The position numbers and the translations under genes were made by a program. The notes below the pieces were generated by a model, which made no database searches, was not told the DNA's origin, and was given only the letters and a program-made list of their open reading frames with translations. DNA of 64,000 nt from Cyanophora paradoxa CCMP329 (lineage: Eukaryota; Plantae; Glaucophyta), in contig QPMI01000096.1 in NCBI GenBank assembly GCA_004431415.1, positions 124,001-188,000 on the forward strand. The letters run 5' to 3'. Shown in pieces: positions 12,287 through 27,200 of this stretch. Every line of letters starts with the position of its first letter. The first letter of the stretch is position 1.

Positions 12287-15200
12287 ATGCGATCGGGCCC
12301 GCTTGGAGGCCGGGGGGCGGGATCCGCCCCTCGAATACAGGGCCATCGTCCCGGTTGCCACGCCCGATCCGCGAGTCTAGATCTCCCAGGCCTGCTCGGC
12401 CTGGGCCTGGGCATGGTCCTCGGCCTCCTCCAGCTGCTGGCCCTGGGCCCCCCGCTCTGCGAGGCCCAGATCTGCGTCGGCGGGGGCTGCGGCGGCGGGA
12501 CCCCCGCTCCCGTGTACACGTCGGCGGGGCCTCCGAATGGCGGTGCTCAGGCGCTCATGCGCCATAAATCCATATTTTCGCCGTTGACGTCGGCTGACTC
12601 GCATTCTATCCGGATCCAGGGGCCTATTTCTCAGGTCTTTTCTTGATTCGACTGGCTAGTTCATTTTATCGCCTTCGCCGATTTCGCGCGCAGTGGGCGA
12701 GTACGGCAATCCGGCGGCGGGCCCTTCCGGCACGCAGCGGTACATCGAAGGGCCCACTGTCGCGTACGGCGGGCTCTACTCCATCGAATTCTGGTACCCC
12801 GGTTTCCGCTGTGATCTGCCGCCGTTATTGCAATTGATCGCAGCCGTTTAATTCGTGCAGGATCCGGCCGCTCAGCATGCCGCCCGTAAGGCTTCGTCTT
12901 TTCGACGCCTATTCAAGCAACGGCGTCGACAACATCGTGCGGCTTGTTGTTTCCTTTCGCTGACTGAAGTCATTGCGGGCCCTGCCCGCTGCAACGTTTA
13001 ACGTCGGCACCAGATAATCAGAGCGTGCCCCTCGGGCTGGTCGATATACGACGACACCACGGGGGCGAATCTGATGTGTAATGTGCGCAGCGTCTGTTTG
13101 TTCTGTGGAACCTTTACAACGTTTAACCCGCAACTGCAGGTTGACTCCGGCTCGTTCTCTCTGCATGTGCTTTTGCTGGATGCGGGTGCAGCCAAGGTAT
13201 CGGACATCTTTTTCTGGGGCAGCAACGGAATCCCAGTGGGACAGTGGTGCACGCATTTATCGCTCAACATGTTGAAGGCTTAAGCTTCAGATCTCTTGGA
13301 AGCCTGACTTCTTACCACTGCCGTATTCGAATCAGGAGCCACGTCGTCTTCACTTTCAACCCCTACACCTGGATGACCCCGAAGGCATACAGGAACGCGA
13401 GCTCCAAACCCATGCAGAAGGGCAGCGTGAGCTACCGGGTGCCCGCGATAGGCCGGACGCACTACTTCGGGAGGTTCGACAGCAGTTATTCGGAGTACAG
13501 CGAGACGTGGCTCTCCAACGCGTTCATGTCGTGTGCGTTGCAATTGCTTGCACGGATGGCGCTAGAAGATATGAACTTCATATTAATTCTTTATTTACAA
13601 TAGCTCCGGCCGCGGCCCCTTGCCATAGATATCAGTCATTCTCAGACTGGACGGGTCCTGATCGCAAATCGCAGGGATTAGAGTCTGGAACATAGAGCTG
13701 ACGCTGGCTCAAGTCGGCGCTGCCTTCTCCGGCGGGGACCTGTCGTCGATTCGCGCTTCGATTCTGTTCGAGTACAAGCTCGACGACTGCAAGAACCGAG
13801 TGCGCATGCGCCTGCCGCGTCAACGCTGCCGCGACCCGCGGCCGGTCTTTGCTTGACAAAGCCGTCCCTTTCCGCAGGGCGTCGCCGACTCCAGTGGAAA
13901 CGGAAGGTTTGCGAGCGTCCATGAGTTTTAACGGATATTCTAGATCTTGAGAATCCATGCCGGAGCCCTACATATATATCTACTCGTCGCGCGCATCGGC
14001 GTAATGGTCTTTTAATTGTGATGACGTCGGTGATGCTCATGATCATATGATCAGGCACGGAGCGTTCGTCGGCGACATTACCATTTTCTGCCCGTACGAA
14101 CCATCTGTCGGTGCGTTTGTTGTTCGCCCCCCCCCCTCCCTCCCCCCCACCACCCCCGCCCCCCCCCACACACACCGTACCCCCTCCCCCTTGATCTATC
14201 CCACCTTCTCCTCTTCCCTCCCCTTCCACCCCCCCCCCTTCCCCTCCCCCCTGTACATCCATCCTGGCCCCGTCCTGGCCTCCCATGCCCCTCCCCCCTT
14301 CCTCTTTCCACCCTACCCATCACGCCCCCCCCCCCCCCCGGACCCCCCCGACCCCCAACCCCCCAACCCCAGCCCCAGCCCCTCCCATACGGTCTCCCGT
14401 CTTCAATCAAGTCTCCTCTCCCAGTCGATCTTCTGTCCCTCGAGCTCGAGCTCTGCGCTCACCGCACGGACGCGCAGGCATCGTCTTCGGGGTACAGGGC
14501 GGAGATTGGGTCGCGCGCTACGTGGACATACCCCCGAGCCTCAGCCTGGGCCCGCCCTTCACGATCGAGGCGTGGGTAAAGCCACGGGCCTTCTCGGCGG
14601 CCCTCTTCTGGGACACCGCCATGTGGGATCCGGCAGTTTCTTCGTCCCCATCCAACTTCATCGTGCGTCCAGCGCTCTAGATCTGGTTCTAATCTTTTCG
14701 AGCTCATTTCCCCATTTTCGACCCCTTCTGCGGCCGCATGCGCAGTACCTGCAATTCTGCTCCTGCGTCTTCTCCGAGTGCCAGTGCTCCGGCGGCGAGA
14801 CGCGCACGGGCATGAAAATGGTAATGACGCAAGGCTTCAACTTCGTGAACAACGCCCCGACTCCGTACTTCTTCACCTCGCTGAACGGTCTCCCCGTGGG
14901 CTCCTGGACGCACATCGCGATCGCCGTGTCAGCGACGCACGTGGCCGCGTACCGGAACGGCCTTCTGACAGAGCAGTACGCCCTCGCAACGCCCATCCCC
15001 ACACTCACCAGGTGCCGCCCCCTCTGCGCGAGAACTAATTATATATAAGCGCGCGCACATCGTCGCCGCCGCTGTGCATTAATATCAAATATTCGGTGAC
15101 GGAAATCTTATGCTGTCTGCAGACAGTACCACTTCATCGGCAAATCCACGTATATGGCGGTGAGTCCGGGATTCGAACTGATGCATTTATCATAGCTGCA

Positions 15201-18200
15201 TATATAGCTAGACGCACTGCTGCCTGGCCTCAGTGGTGCTTTGGTTCGCCGCGGCTGAGGATCGCGTTGACGGCGCCCGCGGCCGTTCCAGAGCGACTAC
15301 TTGTATCTCGCGGGCGCGTCCGTGGCCGGCTTCCGCGTCTGGGGCGGGGCGCTCGCGCAAGCGGGCCAGGCGAACTCGGCGTGGCTCGCCTACTCGGGCC
15401 AGGTGGACAGCATCGGCCTGCCGAAGCACCTGGAGTACAGGATCGACTCCTGCGAGGTGCGCGCGCCTTGGCGTCGGATCATGGGCGCGATAGGCTCAAT
15501 CTAGCTCATCTCGATGCTCGCAGAACGTGGGCACCACGCTCTTAGACACCGGCCCGAACGGCCTTCACGCCGCCTTGATCGGGGATGTTTTCTTCAACTG
15601 CCCGCCGGCTCCGCCCTCCATCCTCTCCGCGGCGGCCTCGCCGAGGGACGGAACGGTCCACGTCACGTTCACCGTTCAGCTCGGCGGCGGCACCCAGGCG
15701 GCGACGATCGACTTGGCTTGCGATGGATTTGGCGGGCCGTACGCCGCCGTGGCGGACGTTCCCGCGCCCGTTCCTGCTTCGCGCGCCGTGTCCCTCGTCC
15801 TCGAAGTCGCGCTGTCCTTCGGCGGCTCCTACACGCTGGACTGGTTCGAATTCGCGCTCACACAATTCTTCTCCGATTAGTCTTGCTGAACGAAAGTGCG
15901 TGCACGTGCAGCACGGCGGGAGGGACGACGTCGTTCGGGCGCGGCTCGGCCCGCTCCAACGCCACTTCCGTAACGATCCCGGAGGGCACGTCGAAGGCCG
16001 CCGAGAGCGCCCTTACCCCCTCGAAAGACCCCGGCGCCGCCAACGCGTTCCTCAACGTCGGAATCTCCGTCTCCGCCGTCGGGGGCGGCCAGGCGAGCCC
16101 GCGGACTCGTCATAGTACTAACGTTCGCTTCGTCTGACCAAAGCTTTCTACATACGTACAGGTCCTGTACGCGGCCCCCCTGGCCAGCTACCCGCTCGGC
16201 CAGCGCCCCGCGGGGCACCGCCTCGCCCTCGTCATCAAGATGAAGACCACCGAGGCGCCCCCCTTTCGATCTCTTTGGAACTATAGCTACGACTTTAACG
16301 CTCTCTTACGAACTATCGCTACGTCTCTTACGCTCTTTCTGTCGCCCGCGCAGGAGTACGCGTACTGCGAGCTGGACTTGGACGCTTCCCGCTGCAACTT
16401 CATCCTCCCCCTCGCCTCGGTCCGAGAATTCGAAGTCCCTCCATCTCGCCTAGGCCTCCTGCAGCTGCCTGATCGGCTCTACATCTCTTATTTGACGCGT
16501 TGCGGTTGCGGTTGCAGGTCTTGGGCGACGCGAAGCCGACGGACTTCTCGTACACGTCCTTCGCCCCGTGGCCGGCGCGGGACCCGGACGCCCGGTTCCC
16601 CCCGGCGGACCTCGGCGCGTTCGAGGCGAGCTGGCCGTGGTCCGAGGCGGCGTTCGGCGAGGCGGGGAGCATGCTCGGCGCGGCCGCCGCGAGCGCCCTC
16701 CGCCCGCCGGCGGACTGCCTCGGGTCCAGCTGCCTCTCTTTCGCTCCGCAGGTGAACAAGGCCTCGCCGAAAACCGCAAAATGAATATCGATGGGTCGGG
16801 CTGTTATCGCTGATATCGATTGTGACCGGCCCCGCAGCGCTGGAGCGCCTACGCGTTTTCCGCGTGCTCCGCGGCCCAGTTCGGCCCCGTCCGGGCGTGG
16901 CCGGCGTCCGCCGGCCTCTGCACCGGCGCCGCCCCATACGACTTCGCGGCGAAGGCGGCGTCCTTCGAGTACGATTTCCGCCATTTCCACGCCGCCTACG
17001 AGCGCCTCTTCTACGACACGGTGCGTCTTTCCCAATTCAAACTTCTTCCTGGCAATATATAAACCATGCGTTGACGTGCACGTGCACGCGCCGTCCGAAC
17101 TGATTCGAACCACTTCGTCGGCACCAGACCTCCGGCTTGCTGAGCGGGGGCGCGCGAGAGAGCTACGAGGCCGGGGGCATGCTTGGCAGCCTCTTCTTGT
17201 CCCGCCCAAACGTGAGCGAATTGAGAGCCCTCTCCTTTGGTATGGCTCTGAGCGGAAGCGGCCCGCACGCGCAGCCCGTCGGGAGCAACCTAAACGAGGA
17301 CGAGCACCGGAAACGGCATTTCCGCGTACAGGTAGTCTTTGATTTGTGAATCCCTTCAGCCATCTATAGATTACCGATGCGAGAACGCTAAATTTTCCGA
17401 GCCAAGTCATAGTATCTTGATCTTGCATCCTCCGATGCGAGAATCCTTCCGTGCCGAGCCAAGATATGATCTGAACCGACGCCGTCGCGATCGCAGGCCG
17501 AGCTGGTGAGGTACGAGGATCTCGCGGCGGCTGGCGGCAGTAGCGGCGCGGGGGGCCTCGCCGCGGGGAGCACCTACTTTTTATCTGGAACCAACTGCCT
17601 GGACTGTGCGCTATTTGATCCGCTTCGAATTCGAATATTCTCCTTGCTTGCACTCTCTCGCGACGCCTGTACCTTCATCTTCATTTTACTTTGTGTCGCT
17701 CAGTTCACGATGCGGACCCGGAGCCCTCGTCGGCGACCTTCGAGGGCAATGAGACGCTGGCCGACGTCCGGCGCGCCTACGGCAGCCTTGGACCATTCGC
17801 GGGTCTTCTCGTCCAAGACGCCCGGGTCCGATGGGCATTAATTCAATGTTCTCTTACAGATTCGATTTAATTTACCTGCTTCTTCGAGCAGTTCGTGCCG
17901 TTCTGGGCGCGCGGGGTCGCCTTCTTCGGCAGCTTCGTCGGGTTCAACTCGACGCCGGGCGGCGCCCCCGCGGTCTTCCCCCTCCTGAAGGCCTGCTCGC
18001 TCTCCGCGGGCGTCGCCCTTCTGAAATTCGACCTCGACGCCCTCGCCCCCGCCGGGCACTCGGCCTCCGCGGGATCCGTCTACCCATCCGTCCCCTGGCC
18101 CAGGACCGACGGCGTGTTCTTCGCGGATGCCTTCCCGCCCGGCGCCTCCCTGCAGGCGGTCCGCGCGGACGGGCGGGTGGCGGAGGGCGGCCCGCTCCTC

Positions 18201-21200
18201 TACCACGCCTTAGTCCGAGTGCCGTTCTTCCCGACGGGCCCGTGCCCCGACGCGCTCGTCTGGGGCATGTGCCCGGGCCTTCCCATCGTCCACGTTACCG
18301 CCGTGCGCAAATCGCTTCGAACTTATTTCGTTACAAATGCTGACGCTCGCGATCGTGCCCATTATCTAGGCCCTGACGTGGGAGGTCGACCCGTCCTCGT
18401 TCACGGACGAGCCGGTGGGCGCGCGCGCCTTCCGCGCGTCCTTCGCCGCGCCGGCCTCCTACCGCACGGGCGTCGCGGTCCACTCGGCCCCGCGCATTCT
18501 CCGCACCGACGCCATCCCTCTGGCCGACCACTGGATCGTGCGCCACTCCATTGATGACGAGCTCCGTCGCGTTTTGGGAGCAGCGAAGTTCTCATCCGCT
18601 CCTCTCTTTAGGTCCAGAACGAGCGCCACCTCCACTCGGGTCCCGGATACGGAGTGCGCCCTCCATTTTAGTTTGCCTCTACCCTTGCATTCGACTAGGG
18701 TTGAATCTCGCGACTGGGCAGTACCTGGAGGGCCGCCTTGTGGACCCGCCGAACGGGCGATACGCCTTCTACGTCACCGGCGATCGGGTCGTCCGCCTGG
18801 CCAAGCCGGACAGCTACCGGAGCGGCATCGCAGGCGCCGTGGACGGCGAGGTGCGGATCTACGGGTCGGACGGCTGGACGGGATCGCGGAGCGAGTGGAC
18901 GAGCGTGGCGGCCGCTGTGTACAAGGACGGAGCCCTCTTTGTCGTGCAGGAGGCGCGCGCGCCCCACCGCTTGTTTTCGTTGACTGCGATGCGATACCCT
19001 TAATCTCGGCGCCTGCAGGTCCACACTGCGTCGAACACGCGCGTGTTCACCTTCGCGTCGAGGACCCTGCCGAGGCCGCGCTACTCCCCGTCGAAGCGGA
19101 TGGGGCGGCAGAGCGAGCGGGCCCCGGGGTCCCGCCTCCTCCGCCTCCAGAGCGTCAACGGCGCCTCCTTCGACGCCGCGAGCGTCGGGCTCAGCGTCAT
19201 CGTTCCAACTTTCCCGGCCAACATCATTAGGTGTTTCATCATTCATTTCTTTTCATTAGTGTTCATCTAACGGGCTCTTTTCTTTTGATTTGCAGTGCAA
19301 CGGTCGTGGACGATTACTCTTCCAGTTCGGCGGCCGGCACGAGCCTCAATCTTACCGTCCCCTTTGTCGAACTACCATGGGTACGCATGCATGAGTTCCT
19401 TCTTTTTTGTGTCGAAGGATCGATATCGCTGAATTCGAATGCGAACCCTATTGCAGATCGTGTTCGTTGTCGCCGAACCGGTGACAATTATTAAGCTGCA
19501 CACGCGGTGCCCGCCCGGGTTCCGCTGGAACCACGAGGTGCGCGCGGTTCGGCGACCTCGGTCGGCTTACATACAACACGCTCGCTCTCACACTATTCTC
19601 TGCGCCGTGGCGACTGTCAGGCCGCCGTGTTCAACGGGTCGACTGCTGAAGTGGACCTCTGCATCCCTCTTCCCGCCGGTGCGCCCCAGGCCTAGGCCCC
19701 CGCACAAGCACGGATCTATGATGGAACGCTCACTTTGCGAAAACTTGAAAACTCGCGAGCAGGGCGCGCGTCGGCAAAGGCAGGGCTGCTTCTCGACGAG
19801 GATGCCGACATGTGCGCCCGCCGCGGCCGCGCGCTCTCACCGGCTCAGCATTTCATCGAACTTTTCCGTGTCCTCGCAGCTGCACCCCGGGCTACTACAG
19901 CCCCCCGGGCTCGACTGCGTGCCTCCCGTGCCCTAAAGGCACGGGATCGAACAACGGATCGGGCTCGTGCTATGGTTCGGCCGCCGGCGCCGTTCTTAAG
20001 CTCTTCTCTGGCGGCGTGCGCTCAATCGCGACCGCCTCGACAGACTGCCCGCAGCACACGTACTCGACGGAGGACGGAATGCCGTGCACGCGCTGCCCCG
20101 ACAACCGCTTCACGACCACGTCCCGATGGATCTTTGGTGAGGGCCGCTTTTCGAATCCATACTCCGCATATGCATTCTCACGTCCACCCCGTCAGATTGC
20201 ATGCCCTGCATCGCCGGCAGTTTCCTCGCGCAGCCTGGGTCATCTACCTGCATGTCCTGCCCGTCGAACCAGGTCGGAATTCAACTAACTTTCATGATGT
20301 CGAACGGGCCGGGCTTTCGAATGTCGGATTCTGATTTCTTGTGCAGTTCTCATTGGAAGGCGCCCTTGGCCGATGTGAATTCTGTGCGCTTAGCTTGTCG
20401 CCGACTTCTCGTTTGCGGATACGACGTTTCCTGATCTATACTGCTCGTCCGCAGGCCCGTCCGGGGCGTACCCGAACCTAGCGCAGACGATGTGCGTCCC
20501 CTGCGCGGCGGGCTACTTCCAACCAGAGAGCTTCCGGCCCTGCGCGCCGTCCGTCAATTCACGCGCTTTGCTCTCTTAGCTTTCCGGCGCTCAAGCCGGT
20601 CTGCAGGTGTCCTCCGGGCCAGTTTTCTCTGGAGGGGACCTTTGGGCTCTGCTCCGACTGCCCCGCGGTAATTTCTATACAGCTGGGAGCTCGATCGAGC
20701 AATCTGACTTCGTGTGATTGCGGCACCAGGGCCAGGTGCCTACGGCGGGGCAGGACGGCTGCGAGGCGTGCCGCCCCGGTTCGGGCGCGGCCGACGGCGA
20801 GTGCGTGGCGTGCACGACCGACCACGCGTCGCCGACGGGCAGCCCCTGCACCAAGTGCCCGGCGGGGGAGATCAGCCTGCCGGACCGCAAGCAATGCGTG
20901 AAGTGCAGCCCCGGGACGCACGAAAAGACGGAAGGGGAGGTGCGCGTTCCCTCGAGCTCGAATATGCCATCATTTTATTTGATTGTTACTTGCACCCGCC
21001 CAATACTCTCGCGCCGTGCAGTGCGCGTCGTGCCCGTTGAACTTCGTCGCGCCGTTCGAGGGCGCCGTCAACTGCACGCCGTGCGCGGCAGGAGAGGTGG
21101 CCTCTATGGACGGCAGGCTCTGCTTCCAGTGTCCGCCAGGTGCAGAAGACCGTCGGGCTTTGTATACGTAGCCAATCTCATCCGCGAGGATAACACCTGC

Positions 21201-24200
21201 TCTTTCAGGGACGTATCGGTCGGAGAGCATGCTGACTTGCGAGTCCGTCCCCGCGGACTCCATCGCACAGGCGGGCTCGTCCTCGCCGTCCCGCTGCCCG
21301 GAGGGGACCGTCCCCAACAGCGCCCGCACCGAGTGCAACCCGTGCCCCAAGGTGCCCTCCGAGCGCGATGCACGTCGGCCTCGAGCTGTTGTCTTTGCCT
21401 TACGAGGCGCTGCAGGGGACGTACGAACTGAACAAGGAGTGCCTTCGGTGCGAGCTCAACAGCGTCGCGGCGGATCCCGGGCGGACGGCCTGCGTGCCCT
21501 GCCCCGCTGGGCACGTCTCGACCGCCGACTTCCAGACATGCGTGCCCTGTCCGGTGCGCATCATGTCCCGCATCATATCCCGCAGTGCGGCAAGTTCTCC
21601 GGGCGAATTATAATGACCGGCATGCAGGGTGGCACATACAAAGGCGATGGGGACACCACCTGCGTCCCAGTTCCCGACAACAGGTGATTTAAATTGGTGT
21701 TGTTCGCAACAATGAATCGAACCTTTTGTCTGCGCGTGCACAGCGTCGCTTCCCCGGGCTCTGCCACTTACAAGAACTGCACGGCGGGCTACGTCGCGAA
21801 TCTGGCGAGGACGAGCTGCGTCGCGTGCCGCAAGGTCCGCAAATCAGATCACATTCACATCAGAACACATTGGCGTGACCGAGACGCCCGCGGCCGCCCA
21901 GGGCTCGTACCACGCCAACGGCAGCTGCGAGCTGTGCCCGCTGCACCACGTGGCGCCCCAGGACGCAGCGACCTCCTGCGTCCCGTGCGGCCCAGGCTTC
22001 GTAGCCTCGCCGGACCTCCAGACCTGCCTGCCGTGCGGTGTCGGTCCGCATTTCGCTCTGCTGCGAGCCCCATTCTCGGCGTATCACTTCGAGATTAAAT
22101 CGAATAGTGCTTCTGGGGAGTTGACGTTCGAATTTGAACGATATATCCTTAATGGGTTTTGTGGTTTTGGGCAGGGACGTACCGGTCCGACGAGAACGCA
22201 ACGTGCGAGCCCGCCCCGCCCCGCGCGGTCTCGGGCGGCGCCGCCGCCGCCTGGACGCCGTGCCTGCCGGGCCACGTGCCGAACCAAGTCAAGTCCGAGT
22301 GCCAGCCCTGCCCCACCGGCTCCTACCAGGTCGGCCCTAGATTTTATTGCTTTCACGTTCGTTTCGCCAACTGAACGTGACGGGCGCGACAGGTCGACGA
22401 TCGCTGCGCACTCTGCCCGCTGAACACGCGCGCGTCGGCGCCCGCCAGCGTCAGCTGCGCTGAGTGCCCGGACGGGACGGTCTCCGCCCTCGACGGAGCG
22501 TCCTGCACACGGTAAATACATCTATAAGAGACAATGCATGTGGCCGCGCCGACGCCGGCGATATTCAACTAAATTAATATCGTACAACGGCACATATACA
22601 GGTGCCCTGTCGGAACGTACCGCAGCGGAAACATGACGCACTGCACGGCGGTCCCGGCGCGCTCTGCGGCCGGCGAGGGGAGCGCCGCGTACGAGACGTG
22701 CGACCCCGGCTTTGTACCGAACGCAGCCAGGAGCTTCTGCGAGCCCTGCCCCGCCGGTTCGGATGGATCCTCGCATTCGGAAATCACGCTGGGGGCCAGC
22801 GTGACGTCCCCACAGGCACGTACCAAGCCGAGGACGCGTGCACGGTCTGCCCCTCTAACACGATTGCGAGCGCGCCCGGCAATTGGCAGTGCGAGAAGTG
22901 CGGCGATGGCTTTGCCGCCGCGATCGACAGCCAGTCTTGCATCCGTGCGCCCATTTGTTTTGCTCACGTTTGAGTGCCAGTTGCGATCGTTCTCGGCGCC
23001 TCGCAGCGTGCCAGGGCGGGTACTACCGGTACGAACCGATGCTGGAGTGCATGCCGGTGCCGGACGGCGCGGCTGCGCTCCCGGCCTCGGGGAACTACAC
23101 GGCCTGCGTGCCGGGCGAGGCGCCGAACGCGGAGCTCACGTCGTGCCGGGCGTGCCCCAAGGGAACGGGCGAGTTCGGCTGGCGGTGCAGGGACTGCGCG
23201 GGCAACACGTACGCGCCCGAAGCCGGCACCGCGCAGTGCCTCGCGTGGTGCGTCCCACTGGGCCACGATCTGGCCCCTCTAGATCGTGCAGCTTATTTTC
23301 AAACGCGCGCGCAGTCCTCCCGGCCAGGTAGCGTCGTCAGACCACCAGACGTGCTCCCCTTGCCGTGCGTTGCGGCGTATAGCTTCAGTCGCCGACATCG
23401 ACACCGATTATCTTTAATGCTTTCATTTGAATTTGCAGCCACCGGATCGTCCCGCTCCGTCAACATGTCCGCCTGCCAAGTAGTGCGCCCATTCTTCGAA
23501 TTCGCCATTAAGTTTACCAAAAGCAGAATAAGACGTCGAGCGTTGACCTTCCCTGCAGTGCCCCTTCGGGACCTTCGCCAGCGCTCCGGGCAGGGCGCGC
23601 TGCGACGACTGGTGCGCTCGAGCTTGAGCTTGCTTCCTCCAACTGCGCCGCGATGCCCTCCGGGGCCGTACAACGGTTAATTAAAATCCCGCGGGCGCAG
23701 CCCGCGCGGAACGGAGTCGAAGAGGGACCGTTCCGGCTGCTCGCTGTGCAAGGCGGGGGTGCGCGAGAGGAACGGAACGTGCCTCCCCTGCGAAGACGGA
23801 TCCGTCAGCAAGGTGCCTATAAATAACACTTGCGATTGGCTGTTGGATTTATTCGTGGTCGGCTCTCATGTTGTAATAGGTACCGGGCTCCACGGAGTGT
23901 ACCCCCTGCCCGGACGGGCACTACTCCCTTTCCGACCAGTGCGGTTTCTGCCCTTCTAGATCGCTCGCCAGCTGCGGCCTCATTTCCCGCTCCTCAGCGC
24001 GCGTTGCGAACCGTGCCCCGCTGGCACGATCAAGCCTCGGACCATGAATGTCTGCGTACCCTGCGCTCCGGTGCCCACCATTGGTTTTCGAATGTATTTC
24101 TTTCGAAAGTTTTCGAATTCCGCGCTTGGCAGGGAACGTGGGCCCCCGTCGGCACGCCGGACAAGTGCCTCTCCTGCCCGCTCGGCTCGTACTCCTCCGG

Positions 24201-27200
24201 AGACTCCACCAAATGTATTCCTTGCGATAGAGGTACTTCACGAAATATTCCCGTATTTCACACAAGGTCTAATAAGCTAAAAACACGGCTTAATTCAGGC
24301 TTTTACATGGCGAACGGGACCGACTTCTGCCAGAAGGTGATTATAAATAAACTCAACGCAGCCAGCTGAATAGCTTGCAATCGGGCTCACCCTTTCTGTC
24401 TCCGATTCGCAGTGCCCCGCGAACACGGTGGCTCCGGACGAGGGCGCCGGCGGCGCGTGCGCCCCGTGCCCCGGCGGCTTCACATCGTCGCTGGACCGCC
24501 AGATCTGCCGCCCCTGCCCGCCGGTCCGCCCTCGCCCTCGCGTTGCCCCTGCCCGCCGGCGGCCCCCCGTTTACTTTTTTGTTTAGGGCTACTACCGTCC
24601 GTCGGACGGCGGCGCGGCTCAGTGCCTAAAGTGCGGCGGGGCCGGCGTGTCCCGCTCCGCCGGCGCCGCCTCCTGTGACTCCTGGTGCGGCCGGGCGCCT
24701 TGCGGTCGGCGCCGCGCCGAGGCTTTACTTCTGCGTCGCTGCATCTGACGGCTCCTTTCGCGTTGCAGCCCCCCTGGCCAAGTGCCAAACGAAAACGGCG
24801 CCGAGTGCAAGGGTTCGCCCGTGATCACGCGTCCAACGCGTGTTCAATTCCTTTCGCCGGCCTCTAACGGTCGGCTTCAGCGTGCCCCGATGGCTGGTTC
24901 CCCGATCGCGAGACCGGGAAGTGCCGCCTCTGCCCGCCCCGCACGACCGCGAAGTCCGGAGGTGCCGCCCTTTTCACTAGGCCTCGTGTCGAAGACAGAC
25001 TCAAAATACATACTTAATAAATTTTTTATTTCATCACACATAAAAGGTTGTGTCGATAGAACTAAATTATTAAGATCGATAAGAATTGACTCACGTAGAA
25101 ATGGGTATTCATCAAGCCAGCGCGCGCGCGTTTGCAGAGGCAGCCTGCGCTCTCTGCCCCGCCGGGCACGTCTCCGACGCGGCGCGGACCGCCTGCCGGC
25201 CCTGCCCACCCTCCCAGTACCTTCCCCTCTCCGGGAACGCCACCCAGTGCTTGACCTGCCCCCGTGCGCACACGCCCTTCCCCGTAGCATCCTCCTTGCA
25301 ATTGCCATTTCCCGTCCTCTGACTTGACTCCGCCTTGCAGAAAACTCCGTCTCCTCTTCCCCAGGATCCACCGAGTGCGCCAAGTGCGGCGACGGCTCCG
25401 TGGTCCGTCCCCGAGCTCGATCCGGCCGCCGCAGCTGATTTTGCTCCGACTGATATTGTCGTATCAGTCCGACGAGTCCGGCACCTCGTGCGTCGCCTGC
25501 GCCAAAGGTGCGCTTAACATCAAAGAAGAATAAGTCAAGAAAGGCCGTTATATAATTAACGTTCGCTGATGGCTGTGATAAAATGTTAGGGACGGCCCGG
25601 AACTCCACCCAGGACCGCTGCATGCCCTGGTGCGGCCTTGCTCTTCTCCAAGAACCTAATCGTGCAGATCAGTTCTTGAGCTGAGCTCCCGTATACGTAT
25701 GCGCAGCCCGTCCGGCTTCTACGCGCCCTCGGAGGCCTCCACCTCCTGCCTCGCCTGCCAGGCCACGCAGCTGTGGCGAGTTCGAGCCTCGCTCTCACGC
25801 AAACCACGAGCTTTAATGTAAACATGATTCTGAATCGAACCGCAGCCCCGTGGCGACGGCGGAGCCGGTGGAGGTCGTCGACTTCCGCGCGATCGTCGCG
25901 CAGAGCATCTCGCGGGCTTTCGGCCTGAGCCCGCCCGGCTCGAGCTCGAGTTCGGGATCGACCGCGGCCGCGGCCCGAGTCCGCGGCCGTCGCCTCCTGC
26001 AGGAGCAGCAGACCGGCTTCCTCGCGCGACTGACGGGGACCGACGCGGGCGTCTCGTACCTCACCGAGTCGGTCACCCTCGACACGAACAGCGCCAACGT
26101 CACGCGCGCGGTGCCGCTGTCTCCATCCTCCCTCTCTCCCTCTCCTCTGAATCCTCGCCCGTGGCCAGGAGATCAAGAGCGAGGAGACGGCCGCGGGCCG
26201 CCTCTACGCCGCCCTCGCCCTCCTCGCCGCCGCCGTCGGCCTCCTCCTCGCCCTCGCCGGCTTCGCCCTCTGCTTCTACGTCAAGGTCCGCAAGCAAGCC
26301 TTCTTAAAAGAGCTTATAAATTATCTGTCGCTACTTAAAAGAGCAAGTCCACTTAAGCAAGTCTATAGCTACTTAAAGAGCTCATCTGTCGACGTCGCTG
26401 CATTATATTGTAGCGCGCGCCTGCGCTGCGGCTCGCTAACGCGCCCCCGGCCCGCGCTCGCTCGCTCGCTCGCTCGCTCGCGCAGCTGTCGTCGCGGTTC
26501 ACGTCCGAGGCCGTCATGGCGCAGCGGCGCCTCCGGGTGAGACGTCGGTTCTACATATAAATATAACCAACTCTAGCTAGTTCTTTGATTATTTCGCTCG
26601 CCTTTCTGACTTGCCGTTTTTCGTAGATTCGCAAGCTGGACGTCTTCTACGCGGACGTCATCCGCGGGCAGCGGGCGGCGATCGCCGAGGAGCTGGCGAA
26701 GGAGGCGCTGGCGGAGCGGGCGCCGCTGGTGCCCTCCTCCGACGGGAGCTGCAGCGCCAGCGCCAGCGCCAACGCGAGCGTCTGCGCGTACCCGCACGAG
26801 CCGCCGCGGCTGCCGTCGATCCCGACGTCGACGGCCGATCCCGACAAGGGGCCGACGCCGTCGCCGGAACCGGGCGCGGGTGCGGAGCCGGCGGGGACGG
26901 TCCTGGGCGCTGCCTTCGCACTCGTGGCCGTCGGCCTCGTCGCCGTCGCCGTCGGCTACGCCGTCCTCCAATTCGTGCGCCCGTTTCCCCGTTGGATGTG
27001 GGCCCGTCTCGTCGACTAGCACTGACGGGCCCGGTCGCTCGACTAGGCACTCGCGAACTACAAGGTCATCGAGAGCCTGAACGTGGGGGCGTCCCCCTCG
27101 GAGGCGGAGATCCGCGGCCCCTTCGAGCTCTCCGTTTCCTTCGTCGGCTTCGCCGGTGCGTGCATGCAAAGGCGCCGCAGCTATCCCGGCCTCTCCGCCC

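Noticed and set aside
14047-14470. Pro-rich N-terminus of the 333-aa ORF 14047-15048
   Set aside because: Read-through of a poly-C-rich intron. Only the downstream LamG exons look coding.
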